32,519 nucleotides of DNA from an uncultured Bacteroidia bacterium (GCA_937995505.1 CALKJV010000097.1:1-32519); one strand, 5' to 3'; counted from the stretch's first letter, positions 1-9,297 are shown. Numbers and translations are program-made. The notes: a model not told the origin generated them from the sequence alone.

Positions 1-818
1 ATATCCACAAGGCCTCGTACGTCATGACCGTTTACTGGCCCAAAATACCGCAAACCTAAACTCTCAAATAGCACTGCTGGCCGGGATAGTAGAAAAGTGA
101 ACATCTCTTCTAACCGAGCAGCGTAATCGCGCACCGGAGCGCCCAGTCGCTCCTGCAAGCGGGTTAGAAATCGCCAAATCTCTTCCCGAAACCGATTGTA
201 GGTTCGCGAGGCCGTAATCCCTGCCAAATAGTCCTTTATGGCGCCGACATTGGGGTCAATGGACATCTGGTTGTCGTTGAGGATAATGAGCAGGTCTGGC
301 TGCAAGGCACCGACGTTATTGAGCCCTTCGTATGCGAGTCCTGCGGTGAGGGCCCCATCGCCAATCACAGCTACGACTTTGCGATGGGTCTGCCCTGTAT
401 GCTTGAGGGCTTCTACCATGCCCAGCGCAGCCGAGATAGAAGTAGAGGAGTGCCCGACTCCAAATGTGTCATACGGCGACTCCTCCCGCTTAGGGAAGCC
501 CGAAATACCGTCCTTAAGGCGGTTAGTATGAAAAATAGCTCTACGGCCTGTGAGTACCTTATGCCCGTACGCCTGGTGGCCTACGTCCCATACAAGTAGG
601 TCTTCAGGGGTTTGATAGACATAATGTAGGGCCACAGTAAGTTCTACTACACCTAAACTCGCCCCGAAGTGGCCTCCATACCGCGAGGCATGCTCAATGA
701 GAAAGGCGCGCAGCTCTTCTGTCAGCTGAGGGAGCAGCTCTTCTGGCAGCTCTCGCAGCTGGGCAGGATACTCTATTTGACGGAGCAGAGAGCCTACAGG
801 AGTAGGATTAGGGCTCAT
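1..818 (-). CDS. dxs: 1-deoxy-D-xylulose-5-phosphate synthase, N-terminal ~272 codons (the rest lies beyond the window start)
   Basis: Absent from the supplied ORF track because it runs off the edge. My reverse-strand translation from the ATG (complement of 816-818) reads MSPNPTPVGSLLRQIEYPAQLRELPEELLPQLTEELRAFLIEHASRYGGHFGASLGVVELTVALHYVY...WDVGHQAYGHKVLTGR...GVGHSSTSISAALGM...VIGDGALTAGLAYEGLNN...ILNDNQMSIDPNVG and stays open to base 1. It shows the thiamine-diphosphate GDG...N motif and the typical DXS N-terminus. Confidence 0.9.
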   Translation of the reverse strand, partial: MSPNPTPVGSLLRQIEYPAQLRELPEELLPQLTEELRAFLIEHASRYGGHFGASLGVVELTVALHYVYQTPEDLLVWDVGHQAYGHKVLTGRRAIFHTNRLKDGISGFPKREESPYDTFGVGHSSTSISAALGMVEALKHTGQTHRKVVAVIGDGALTAGLAYEGLNNVGALQPDLLIILNDNQMSIDPNVGAIKDYLAGITASRTYNRFREEIWRFLTRLQERLGAPVRDYAARLEEMFTFLLSRPAVLFESLGLRYFGPVNGHDVRGLVD

Positions 819-1359
819 AAGTGGGCAAAGATAGCGTGTTTAACAAAGAAAAGGTCCGTAGCGGCTGCCAATCAGTGAAAATAATCCGATAGGCGGCTTC
901 CAGCGAGGGCCAGGTGAGAGGCTCTTTCGGAAGGGCGCCACCTAACCGAGTCAAGAGCGCAGCGAGAAAAATTTGCAGGCTCTGCGCTATGTCTTCTTTC
1001 TGGTCTAAGGCTATAAGCTGCTCTCTCACCCAGGCAAAAAGGGTCGGGTCAGGTGCCCCTAAGCAACGGGAAAGCCACTCTATGGCTAAGAGAAGGTACG
1101 GATAGCGGAGCGGGTCGTTGTAAAAACGCTGATAAGGGTAATCCCAGTCTATTTCAGCGACCCGCTGCAGCTCACGCTGGGGGCGTATTCGCAGGCGCAT
1201 GGTGAGGAGGCTCCCTATTGGCCAGGTACTTCCTTTTGCACCTAAAAGCAGAGCCGAAAGCGTGCCTTCCGCTTCGGTATGCAGGCGCAGCACTCGGCTA
1301 CGCTCTCGGAAAGGATAGCTCTGGAGAAGCAGGGCTCGCGTTTTGACTTCAGCGCTCAT
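808..1359 (-). CDS. recO: RecO-like DNA repair/recombination mediator (short form, 183 aa)
   Basis: ORF 808..1392. I prefer the internal ATG at 1359 because it forms an ATGA overlap with the stop of the upstream ORF (TGA = complement of 1356-1358). MSAEVKTRALLLQSYPFRERSRVLRLHTEAEGTLSALLLGAKG resembles the RecO N-terminal OB-fold signature, and a helical region follows. The 3' end overlaps the dxs start by 11 nt. Confidence 0.55.
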   Translation of the reverse strand: MSAEVKTRALLLQSYPFRERSRVLRLHTEAEGTLSALLLGAKGSTWPIGSLLTMRLRIRPQRELQRVAEIDWDYPYQRFYNDPLRYPYLLLAIEWLSRCLGAPDPTLFAWVREQLIALDQKEDIAQSLQIFLAALLTRLGGALPKEPLTWPSLEAAYRIIFTDWQPLRTFSLLNTLSLPTYEP

Positions 1360-1856
1360 GTGATTTGGGCTGTGAGCGTACAAGGTAGCCAACGAGCAGC
1401 TATCTCAAGGTCCCTCTCCAACTCCTCGTAAGTCGTGCGCCAGGCATCTAACTGCTGAGGCGAGACGGCTGAGAGAGGGTCTGTCGTAAGAGGGCTACGC
1501 AGGTAAGCAGGCAGAAAAAGGGTTTCTTGGAGCAGGTGCTGATGCTGAAGGTGGACACGCAAGGCCTGCATGACGGCTTCTGGGGCGTCTAGCACGAGCC
1601 AAGGGGTTTCAGCCAAAAATTGAGCGAGGGGCGTAGCACTCCAAGGCCTATGGAGAACGGCCTCAACCCACTCTGAGCGTCGGCTTAGGGGAAGCCACCG
1701 GGTAGCCATGCCCCCTTCCGAGAGCACGGCGGTCAGTTGGCGAGCTGTCATCCCGCCTTCCACACACCAGAAAATCGTAGCCGATGTCTCCCGAAGCCTC
1801 AAAATACGCCGCCACTGAGCCGCATCTTTGCCGGCTACTACATACAATCGTATCAC
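1356..1856 (-). CDS. hypothetical protein (166 aa, W/R/L-rich, no recognisable motif)
   Basis: Open frame with a GTG start (complement of 1854-1856) 1 nt after the stop of the upstream T9SS cargo gene, and ATGA-coupled to recO downstream. No signal peptide or catalytic motif that I can name. Confidence 0.5.
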   Translation of the reverse strand: MIRLYVVAGKDAAQWRRILRLRETSATIFWCVEGGMTARQLTAVLSEGGMATRWLPLSRRSEWVEAVLHRPWSATPLAQFLAETPWLVLDAPEAVMQALRVHLQHQHLLQETLFLPAYLRSPLTTDPLSAVSPQQLDAWRTTYEELERDLEIAARWLPCTLTAQIT

Positions 1857-1857
1857 C

Positions 1858-4113
1858 CTAGTCTATAACGATTATTTTGCCTATGGCGCTTCGGCGGTTT
1901 TCTGCGTCAATTGCGCCTACGAGGTATAAGCCTGGATTCACCCGTTCTCCAGAGACCGTACGCAAATCCCACACTGCTTGCCCGCCGAAGCTCCGCAAAA
2001 GGCGCACCTGCTGCCCATCTGGTGTAAAAATTCGCACGGTACTCCCCTCTGAGAGGCCCCGAATGCCCACCCAGCCCGAAAAGCCCCGAGAAACCGGATT
2101 AGGAAAGATGTGCAGACTATCTAAGCTCTCAGAGGGCTCCGTAGCCCAATCGCGATAGCTTACGGTTCCGCCCGCTGTAATCATAAATACTTCACCTGTA
2201 AGGTCCCAGGGGCGGATGCGATATACAAGGTTACTGGGCAGGGGGCTATTGGTATTGTCAAAGTTGGCGATTTGGCGGTTACCTTCTGGGCTCAGCACAT
2301 ATACGCCCCTACTGAAGGTGCCCACCCATTTTCGGTTTTGTCCATCCACAGCGATGTCTGTGATGGTTTCTTCCTCTAAGAGGTAGCGATTTTCCACGAC
2401 AGGCAGGGAGACTGTAAGAGTACCATCAAAAGGATCCCCATAGAGCACTGCGACGCCTTTGTCAGTTCCAAGCCAGATTGCCCCTGACCTATCGGCTGCC
2501 AGGGCATACAGCGTAGTGGAAGGTAGACCCGGGAGTGACCTTCCCCCTGGGCCGTAAAGCACAGAGCGATAACCCGCGAGATTATCCGGGGAGCCGCGAT
2601 CATCAATAACTCGGATATTGCCATTTCGGTATAAGACCCACTTGTACCCTCGCGTATCTATGCGCACGAGGAAGGCGGACCCATCTTGATAAGGTAAGGC
2701 CTGCCAAGCTCTCCGTGCAGGCACATAGAAGCAGATGTTTCGTTCGCCTAATTCTTTCACGGCCCATAGGGTTCCGTTTGCATCCCGAGCCAAGCTTTTG
2801 AAGCGCAATACCATCGGCTTCCCATTTGCATCAGGTAAGATTCCATCAAAAGGGCTATTGTAAGCGGTGAAGGTATCTACGGTTCCCTCAAGACTTATGC
2901 GCAAGATGCCCGGCTCTGTGCCCACCCAGATAGCGCTTCCATCCCATACAGCTTCGGTGGCGAAAAAGAAAGTACGAGGCCCCACACTCAAACGGATCTC
3001 CTGGCCCCTTTGAGCCCCATGGGGGTAGAAGGTAGCAATAGCCCCGAAGCTTGAGCCCCACAGTGTACTCCCGCCATGCAGAAAAAACACCCCTTGCGGT
3101 AGAGGGAGTACTTCTGTAACCGAACCCGCTCGCAGACGCTGATACGAATCCGTATAGACCTGTCCCTGCGGGCTAGTAGCTATAGCGCCAGTCCAATTCG
3201 TAGCTACCGCCCAATACTGAGCGGTAGGATCGCACCAGAGGGCCTGCGGACCTGGGTTCCAGACTTGCCCTACAGGTGTACGCCCTGAAAAGAAAAGGAT
3301 ATTAGTATCTTGAGCGGCGATAGCCCATCCCCCGCGCTCTCCTGCGATAAACCGAGGGACTTTGCCCTGTAAAAAGTCCAGGGGAGGGTGTAGTTGCCAA
3401 CCATTCCCCTCTTCCCAGCGCAGGAGGGTATCTTTGTACAGTAGCAGGAATCCCTCGGGCGTCTCTGCCCAACCCCGCCAGTACTGCAAGCTATCTGGCA
3501 AAAGGTGCCCTGGACCGGAGATTTTTTCCCAGGGGCCGACCCATGGCAAGCCTGCACGAAGCCGATAGAGGCTGCTGCGGGTACAAGCCCAGACTTGGCC
3601 ATTCACCCAGCGTATCCGTTCTACCGGGGTGGCAAACCGCTCCCCCACCAGCTGCGACACCGAACCCAAGACCCGCCGCCGGCTTTTCTGCCAGAAAACT
3701 ATCCCAAAATCGGTCGCAATCGCAAGCGTATCTCCTTTCGCATGGAAGCCTCGGATAGCACGAGCAGTGTAGATAGTATTAACGGCTATATCCCGAAAAA
3801 TCTCCAGCTGTTCTGGTCCAGACCCATACTGCACCCGCCCATCCTCATATCCAATAAAAATCTGCCCTGAATAGGGATCCCCATAAATAGCCGTGGGCTG
3901 CGCATACAGGAGCCCATTTGCTCGGGTGAGCTCTGTATAAGTACCTCGCTCGGCATCAATCAAAGCGATTCCCTCTGCCCCTAAGCACCAGAAATAAGGC
4001 GGTACATACGCCACATCCTGCACATAACCGAAGTGCGCATACACCCCCCATCGCCCAATAGCTACTCCTCCCTGCGCATACACAATCGCGCATAGCGCTG
4101 CCAGACGCCACAT
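1858..4113 (-). CDS. secreted multi-repeat beta-propeller protein (two-component-regulator-propeller-like repeats) with a T9SS C-terminal sorting domain
   Basis: The track ORF is 1858..4410, but its first ~99 codons overlap the divergent thpR. The internal ATG at 4113 gives MWRLAALCAIVYAQGG, a signal peptide, and has a TAGCTTTG box 5 nt upstream. Repeated G-T/W-x-G-T propeller-like segments occur (WVGTEPG, LWAVKE, IWLGTDKGV, KWVGTFSRGVYVL). The C-terminus FPNPVSRG...VRIFTPDGQQV...GLYLVGA...GKIIVID matches the Por/T9SS type-A CTD pattern. Confidence 0.8.
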   Translation of the reverse strand: MWRLAALCAIVYAQGGVAIGRWGVYAHFGYVQDVAYVPPYFWCLGAEGIALIDAERGTYTELTRANGLLYAQPTAIYGDPYSGQIFIGYEDGRVQYGSGPEQLEIFRDIAVNTIYTARAIRGFHAKGDTLAIATDFGIVFWQKSRRRVLGSVSQLVGERFATPVERIRWVNGQVWACTRSSLYRLRAGLPWVGPWEKISGPGHLLPDSLQYWRGWAETPEGFLLLYKDTLLRWEEGNGWQLHPPLDFLQGKVPRFIAGERGGWAIAAQDTNILFFSGRTPVGQVWNPGPQALWCDPTAQYWAVATNWTGAIATSPQGQVYTDSYQRLRAGSVTEVLPLPQGVFFLHGGSTLWGSSFGAIATFYPHGAQRGQEIRLSVGPRTFFFATEAVWDGSAIWVGTEPGILRISLEGTVDTFTAYNSPFDGILPDANGKPMVLRFKSLARDANGTLWAVKELGERNICFYVPARRAWQALPYQDGSAFLVRIDTRGYKWVLYRNGNIRVIDDRGSPDNLAGYRSVLYGPGGRSLPGLPSTTLYALAADRSGAIWLGTDKGVAVLYGDPFDGTLTVSLPVVENRYLLEEETITDIAVDGQNRKWVGTFSRGVYVLSPEGNRQIANFDNTNSPLPSNLVYRIRPWDLTGEVFMITAGGTVSYRDWATEPSESLDSLHIFPNPVSRGFSGWVGIRGLSEGSTVRIFTPDGQQVRLLRSFGGQAVWDLRTVSGERVNPGLYLVGAIDAENRRSAIGKIIVID

Positions 4114-4118
4114 GTCTA

Positions 4119-4126
4119 CAAAGCTA
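4119..4126 (-). promoter_or_regulatory. candidate Bacteroidota -7 promoter box TAGCTTTG (TAnnTTTG), 5 nt upstream of the ATG at 4113
   Basis: The complement of caaagcta at 4119-4126 exactly fits TAnnTTTG and sits at the head of the minus-strand chain T9SS cargo -> hypothetical -> recO -> dxs. Confidence 0.4.
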
Positions 4127-4167
4127 AAACACTTTCTCGCGCAAATCGCAGGAGTCTGAGAAATCGC

Positions 4168-4184
4168 TATTTTTGTTAAGTTTG
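4168..4184 (+). promoter_or_regulatory. two adjacent TAnnTTTG boxes (TATTTTTG 4168-4175, TAAGTTTG 4177-4184) upstream of thpR
   Basis: Direct reading of gctatttttgttaagtttg. The second box ends 14 nt before the ATG at 4199. Confidence 0.35.
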
Positions 4185-4198
4185 TCTCTCTACGCAGA

Positions 4199-4714
4199 AT
4201 GCGAGTCTTCCTCGGGCTTAGCCTTACCCCAGAAGTGGTAGGCTGGATCCTTCGGCATAAGCCGTTGCTCTTGCCAGCGGGTTCCCGTTGGCTCCCTCCC
4301 GAGCAGTGGCATATTACCTTAGTGTTTATCGGCGAGCAGCCTGCGGAAAGGATAGAAGCCCTACATGCTGCGGTAGAACCCCTACTCCAAGGACATCCAG
4401 CCATCCCCATTCAACCCTCCTATATCGGCTGGCAAAAGCGAACCCTTTGGGTACATCTACATCGGTCAAACACCCTAGAGAGCTTAGTACGGAAACTCCA
4501 CCAGGCGCTCAACTTGCCTTTTCACCCTCCATTCCGGCCACACATTACGATAGCGCGTGCCAAGGAGCCGCTCTCCTGGGAAGCCCCTCCCCCAGCAGAC
4601 ACGCCCACCTTTACACTAACGACGGCTTACCTCTATCAATCTGTGCTCAAGCCGAGTGGGGCAGAGTATATCCCGCTCAAGCGATACCTTTTTGATATCA
4701 GTCTGCCCCGATGA
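4199..4714 (+). CDS. thpR: RNA 2',3'-cyclic phosphodiesterase (2H phosphoesterase, LigT/ThpR family)
   Basis: Carries the two H-x-T/S-x motifs of the 2H superfamily, WHITLVFIG and PHITIARAK, at the expected spacing in a ~170-aa protein. Confidence 0.85.
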   Translation: MRVFLGLSLTPEVVGWILRHKPLLLPAGSRWLPPEQWHITLVFIGEQPAERIEALHAAVEPLLQGHPAIPIQPSYIGWQKRTLWVHLHRSNTLESLVRKLHQALNLPFHPPFRPHITIARAKEPLSWEAPPPADTPTFTLTTAYLYQSVLKPSGAEYIPLKRYLFDISLPR

Positions 4715-6635
4715 AGAGGAGTTCTGTGCGTCGGTTGAGGGCCCTGCCGGCCTCTGTACGATTGTCTGCCACGGGCCGAGACGCTCCATAGCCCTGAGCT
4801 CGTATTCGTTGCGCGCTAATCCCTCTCTGTACCAGAAACTGCCGCACGGCTTCTGCCCGACGCTGAGAAAGGGCCTGATTGTAAGCTTCGGAGCCTGAGC
4901 CATCCGTATGGCCTTGCACTTCTACAATCCAGGAAGGATTTGCCTTAAGTAGCCGAACTACCTCTTCCAGCTCAACCTCAGACTCAGGCCGCAAGTCAGC
5001 TTTGTCAAAGTCAAAAAATACATTGCGTAAGGTGAGCCGGCTGCCTTTCTGCAAGCGCTCCAAAGGCACCAGGAGCTCATAAGCGGTATCAGCTCGCGAC
5101 AGATCAAAGTGTCCACTATAAAAGAGATAGCCCTTAGCTTTTGCGAAGAGGGCGTAGCGCTGGCCTAAGGGCAAAGAGGTTAGAAACTCCCCAGAGGCCT
5201 GGTTTGCGGTCAGGCTGCGGATGGTATCTCGGGTAGTTACCGAGACGATGAGGACTTCTGCGGGCACAGCCTGCCGGGTCTGAGCATCTACTACTCGCCC
5301 TCGCACATAAGTAGCGACCTGCTGAGGGCGGATTTCCGGCCAGAGCGGGAAGGCGTAAATATCTTCTTTTCCATAGCCCCCTTCTCGCTCCAGCGCAATG
5401 TAGCCTATCTCCCCGCGAGCATCCACGCAAAGGGTCTGCTCATCCGCCGAAGTATTAAGCGGATAGCCTAAGTTTTTAGGTTGGGTCCAGCCTGTATCTG
5501 TAAGATAAGCTACAAAAATATCCTGCCCGCCCATTCCGGGGTGGTAGTCGGAGGCGAAATACAGCGTACGGCCATCTGCCGCTATCATGGGGCTGTATTC
5601 ATTGCCGGGCGTGTTGATGGAAGGGCCGAGGTTAACAGGCTTTTGCCAGCGGCCATCCCGCCAATCGGAGTACCAGATGTCGCTTCCACCGAGCCCACCC
5701 GGCCGGCCAGAAGCGAAGTATAGTCTCCGCCGATCGTGGGTAAGGGAGGGATGCGATTCCCATGCGGAAGTGTTAATCTCAGGTCCTAAGTTTTGTGGGG
5801 GCTGCCAGTCTGTACCCATCAGCTCTGAGAAGTACAAATCACACGAGCCCCTCCCATCTATGCGGTCGCACAGGGTGATAAACGCCCATTGCCCGTCTGC
5901 AGAAAAGAAGGCTGCCCCTTCATTTTTGGGGGAATTTATCGGGGGGCCGAGCGGCTGCGCGGGTCGCCAGCGACTGGTAGCTTCGTCTCGCTCTGCCCAA
6001 TATAAGTCCTCGTCTGGGCCTTGCAGGGGATTGGGAGGGGCGTCCGGTTTCGGTCGCCGAGAAGTAAAGTACAAACGCCGCCCATCTGCCGTGAGGCTAG
6101 GAAGGTACTCTTCGTAAGGGCTATTTACCTCGGGACCCATATTTTTTGGGCGAAAAGGCACAGGGTTTTTGATGAGTTGGGCGGCACTTAAGCTCTGGCT
6201 TAGAAGGAGAGCGCCTTCGTCTTGAAGGCTACGAGGCATGTGCCCCACGGCTACCCTCACGAATTCCTTCCACACAGCAGCCGCAGAGTCATAAACCATT
6301 TGGGCCATGTAGGCTTTCCCTCGGAAATACAAAGCCCAAGCTCGTCCCGCTGCTGATCGCCCCCGAAGCCCTTCTATGCGTCGCGCCACCTCCGCAGCAG
6401 CCCCATACTCCTGCTGCGCCAGGTGCAGCTTGCCTTTGAGGATCCAGGCGTCTTCGTACGAAGGCTCCAAGCGGAGGGCTTCCTCAACAGAGCTCATCGC
6501 TTGGGCGATTTGCCTCGCCTGGATAGAGCGAATAGCACTCAGATACAAATCGTAAGCGCGCTTGGAGATTCCCTTGGGCGGCGTACCCTGCGCAAAGAGT
6601 AGCCCTATCCCCAATACCCAAAATGCCCGTCTCAT
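4698..6635 (-). CDS. OmpA-family envelope protein with N-terminal TPR, TolB-like (PD40) beta-propeller repeats and a C-terminal OmpA peptidoglycan-binding domain
   Basis: The internal ATG at 6635 gives the signal peptide MRRAFWVLGIGLLFAQG and forms an ATGA overlap with the queE stop. Repeated DG..LYF.S.R....G..DI(Y/W) PD40-like units are present. The C-terminus reads NVFFDFDKADLRPES...VEVQGHTDGSGSEAYNQALSQRRAEAV...GYGASRPVADNRTEAGRALNRRTEL, a classic OmpA_C. Confidence 0.88.
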   Translation of the reverse strand: MRRAFWVLGIGLLFAQGTPPKGISKRAYDLYLSAIRSIQARQIAQAMSSVEEALRLEPSYEDAWILKGKLHLAQQEYGAAAEVARRIEGLRGRSAAGRAWALYFRGKAYMAQMVYDSAAAVWKEFVRVAVGHMPRSLQDEGALLLSQSLSAAQLIKNPVPFRPKNMGPEVNSPYEEYLPSLTADGRRLYFTSRRPKPDAPPNPLQGPDEDLYWAERDEATSRWRPAQPLGPPINSPKNEGAAFFSADGQWAFITLCDRIDGRGSCDLYFSELMGTDWQPPQNLGPEINTSAWESHPSLTHDRRRLYFASGRPGGLGGSDIWYSDWRDGRWQKPVNLGPSINTPGNEYSPMIAADGRTLYFASDYHPGMGGQDIFVAYLTDTGWTQPKNLGYPLNTSADEQTLCVDARGEIGYIALEREGGYGKEDIYAFPLWPEIRPQQVATYVRGRVVDAQTRQAVPAEVLIVSVTTRDTIRSLTANQASGEFLTSLPLGQRYALFAKAKGYLFYSGHFDLSRADTAYELLVPLERLQKGSRLTLRNVFFDFDKADLRPESEVELEEVVRLLKANPSWIVEVQGHTDGSGSEAYNQALSQRRAEAVRQFLVQRGISAQRIRAQGYGASRPVADNRTEAGRALNRRTELLFIGAD

Positions 6636-7243
6636 GGAATAGCAAGATAACGATGCCATTGCATACTGAGGCGCCAATGGGGGTTTTCTTTGAGGTAAGC
6701 GAGAATCCACTCTAAGGCAGCGGATTGGTATGCCTGGGGTTGGAGGAAGGCGGGTAGGTTAGGCTTGCAGCGAGCCCGCTGGGCCTCTGCCCACAGAAGG
6801 TCGCTCCGACTATGAACTACTACCTTCAGTTCGTGCGCAAGCTCGTAATAAACAGGATCGGGCTCGCGAAAGCGCTTGGGGGAAAAGGTAATCCAGTCCG
6901 GAAGGGTAGAAGGGGGCGCATGCGCTCCAGAAGTCTCCAGCTGGATAAATAGTCCCACCGCCCGCAAAGTCTGTATAAGTGCCGATAGAGAATGTAGAGT
7001 AGGCTCGCCGCCCGTGAGTACCACGTGTCGGGTAGGAGTCTGCGTTACCCATGCGAGCATTTCTGCGGGCGTGTAGGTAGGCCAGCCCTCCTGGGGCCAG
7101 CTATGCCGAGTATCACACCATGAACACCCGACATCGCATCCCCCCAGCCGGAGAAAGTACGCGGGCTTCCCCGCCCAGAAGCCTTCTCCCTGTAAGCTAT
7201 AAAAGTGCTCTACGATAGGATACACTGGAGCAAGCTTAGTCAT
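6632..7243 (-). CDS. queE: 7-carboxy-7-deazaguanine synthase (radical SAM, queuosine pathway)
   Basis: IVEHFYSLQGEGFWAGKPAYFLRLGGCDVGCSWCDT is the QueE N-terminal signature including the CxxxCxxC-type cluster. Size is ~200 aa. Confidence 0.88.
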   Translation of the reverse strand: MTKLAPVYPIVEHFYSLQGEGFWAGKPAYFLRLGGCDVGCSWCDTRHSWPQEGWPTYTPAEMLAWVTQTPTRHVVLTGGEPTLHSLSALIQTLRAVGLFIQLETSGAHAPPSTLPDWITFSPKRFREPDPVYYELAHELKVVVHSRSDLLWAEAQRARCKPNLPAFLQPQAYQSAALEWILAYLKENPHWRLSMQWHRYLAIP

Positions 7244-9296
7244 GGAAAGAAGGGGATTTCGGGAGTAAACCCCGCCGTCGGAGAAACTCCCGCTGGGCGG
7301 AGAAGCTGGGAAGTTGCGGCTCTAACTCAGAGCGACGCTTGTAAGTGCCATCAGGCTGCAATACCCATGCGTGTCGCGTGTCTGCCAAAAGGGTTTCTGC
7401 GATTTGGATAGCCTGCTCGGCTACTTTCGGGTCGCGCAGGGGATAGGCTACCTCTACCCTTCGGTCTAAGTTTCTGGGCATCCAGTCTGCACTGCCGGAC
7501 CAGACAAAAGCCTCGTCGCCCCGCCAGAAAATATACAAGCGGCTATGCTCCAAAAAACGCCCAATCAAACTATGCACTCGCACGGTCGGGCTCACGGGGA
7601 GGCCAGGTACCAGGCAGCATATGCCACGAATTACTAAGTCCACAATCACCCCCGCCATAGAAGCTTTGTACAAAGCCCGTATCATCTCTGCATCTACCAT
7701 CGCATTCATCACGAGAAGGATGCGGCTAGGCTGCTCAGGGGTATGGGCCGCTATGCACGCCTCAATCTGCTCAAGAAACATCTCGCGCAAGTTTTCAGGT
7801 GCCACAGCGATGCGCCGCCACTGCTTCTGGCCGGAATTTCCAGTGAGATAGTTGAAAAGCTCAGCTAAGTCTCGCGTAATCTCTGGATCGGAAGTGAGCA
7901 GCCCAATATCGGTGTACATCTGGGCAGTTTTCTCATTGTAGTTTCCTGTGCTGAGGTGGGCATAGAGTCGTAGGGCTGGCCCCTCTCGGCGGACCACTAA
8001 GGTGCCTTTGGTATGGATTTTTAGGCCAAGCATACCATACACGACATTAGCGCCGGCTTTCTCCAGTTCTCTGGCCCAGTAGATGTTTGTCTCCTCATCA
8101 AAGCGCGCTTTTAGCTCAATGAGCACTGTAACTTGCTTTCCTCGGTCTACAGCCTCTCGCAGCGCTTGGACGATGAGAGATCTTTCGCCAGTGGTGCGAT
8201 ATAAGGTCTGTTTGATAGCAAGAACATTAGGGTCTCGAGCTGCTGCCTGCACAAACTCCACCACTGGGGCGAAGCTATCATAAGGATGATGCAAAAGCAC
8301 ATCTCCCGCCCCCAGAGTATCAAATATACTCGCTGTACCCTGTAGTAGGAGTGGGGTGTAGGGAATGAAGGGTCTATCTAAGAGACTAGGCTCATCTACT
8401 TCCTCAATGATATCCCAGAGGCGCTCCAGTCCCAGAAGTCCATCTACTTCGTACACATCCTCTGCCTCAAAGCCCAGCTCATCCATGAGGAAGCGAAGGT
8501 TTTCGGCGGGCATACCTGTTGTTGTCTCAAATCGCACTACATCTCCCAGTCGCCGTTGTCGGAGGCTTTTTTCTACCAGCGCCAAAAGGTCGTCGGCCTC
8601 GGCCTCTGAGATTTCTATGTCTGCGTCGCGCGTAAGACGAAAAAGATACGAGCCTTTCACTCGCCGTCCAGGAAAAAGATCTTCTAAAAAAAGCCCTACC
8701 AGGGACTCTATGGGCACAAACCCATACCGATGGCTAGAATGGATAGGAACAAAGCGAGGCAGCACCTGGGGGATGGGCACCAGCGCCGACCCTTCTCGGA
8801 AAACTACCCACAGAATATACTCTAAACCCCGTAAAGGAGGTACGGGATGTGCCGAGTCAAGCGCTAAAGGCGTCAAAAGCGGAAATACCTTATCTTGGAA
8901 ATATTTGCGTAGGGTGTCGCGGGGTAATCGAGCAAGTCGTCGCCCTTGGTAGATATAGATAGACTCTGCCTCTAGCGCCGGCAAGAAGTGTTCGGAAAAG
9001 ATTTTTTGGGCCCGTTGTACTAGCTGGCGGGCGCGCTCTCGTATCTTCTGCAAAGTCTGGCGGGGCGTAAGCCCATCTGGGCCGCGTTCTCGAACCCCTG
9101 CCCGAATTTGCTCCTTGATCCCCGCTACCCGAATCATAAAGAATTCATCCAGATTGCTGTAAAAGATAGACAAGAAGCGCATCCGGCTGAGCAAAGGATG
9201 CGCTTCGTGGAGGGACTCTTCTAAGACTCGTGCGTTGAATTCCAGCCAGCTTAGCTCTCGGTTGAGAAAGAGTTCAGGCCGGCTTAGGTCTACCAT
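7236..9296 (-). CDS. ppk: polyphosphate kinase 1
   Basis: The N-terminus MVDLSRPELFLNRELSWLEFNARVLEE matches the PPK1 start (compare E. coli ...YIEKELSWLSFNERVLQEA). The ~690-aa length and PLD-like C-terminal domains fit. The track start at 9320 is an alternative. I prefer the ATG at 9296, which lies 1 nt after the tilS stop codon. Confidence 0.9.
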   Translation of the reverse strand: MVDLSRPELFLNRELSWLEFNARVLEESLHEAHPLLSRMRFLSIFYSNLDEFFMIRVAGIKEQIRAGVRERGPDGLTPRQTLQKIRERARQLVQRAQKIFSEHFLPALEAESIYIYQGRRLARLPRDTLRKYFQDKVFPLLTPLALDSAHPVPPLRGLEYILWVVFREGSALVPIPQVLPRFVPIHSSHRYGFVPIESLVGLFLEDLFPGRRVKGSYLFRLTRDADIEISEAEADDLLALVEKSLRQRRLGDVVRFETTTGMPAENLRFLMDELGFEAEDVYEVDGLLGLERLWDIIEEVDEPSLLDRPFIPYTPLLLQGTASIFDTLGAGDVLLHHPYDSFAPVVEFVQAAARDPNVLAIKQTLYRTTGERSLIVQALREAVDRGKQVTVLIELKARFDEETNIYWARELEKAGANVVYGMLGLKIHTKGTLVVRREGPALRLYAHLSTGNYNEKTAQMYTDIGLLTSDPEITRDLAELFNYLTGNSGQKQWRRIAVAPENLREMFLEQIEACIAAHTPEQPSRILLVMNAMVDAEMIRALYKASMAGVIVDLVIRGICCLVPGLPVSPTVRVHSLIGRFLEHSRLYIFWRGDEAFVWSGSADWMPRNLDRRVEVAYPLRDPKVAEQAIQIAETLLADTRHAWVLQPDGTYKRRSELEPQLPSFSAQREFLRRRGLLPKSPSFHD

Positions 9297-9297
9297 G

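Noticed and set aside
4114-4410. N-terminal extension of the T9SS cargo ORF (850-aa version starting at 4410).
   Set aside because: The extension runs antisense through the thpR coding region and the divergent promoter spacer. The internal ATG at 4113 is followed at once by a signal peptide and preceded by a TAnnTTTG box.
8365-8952. Long antisense or alternate-frame ORFs: 195 aa here, plus 5587..6117 (176 aa), 14150..14593 (147 aa), 18319..18900 (193 aa), 31214..31750 (178 aa), 25086..25535 (149 aa) and 9491..9829.
   Set aside because: All lie entirely inside strongly supported genes (ppk1, OmpA-family, bioB, OM barrel, aceA, mnmG, tilS). All have the R/S/P/A-rich composition typical of spurious frames in GC-rich DNA. 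None has a recognisable motif or its own promoter space.
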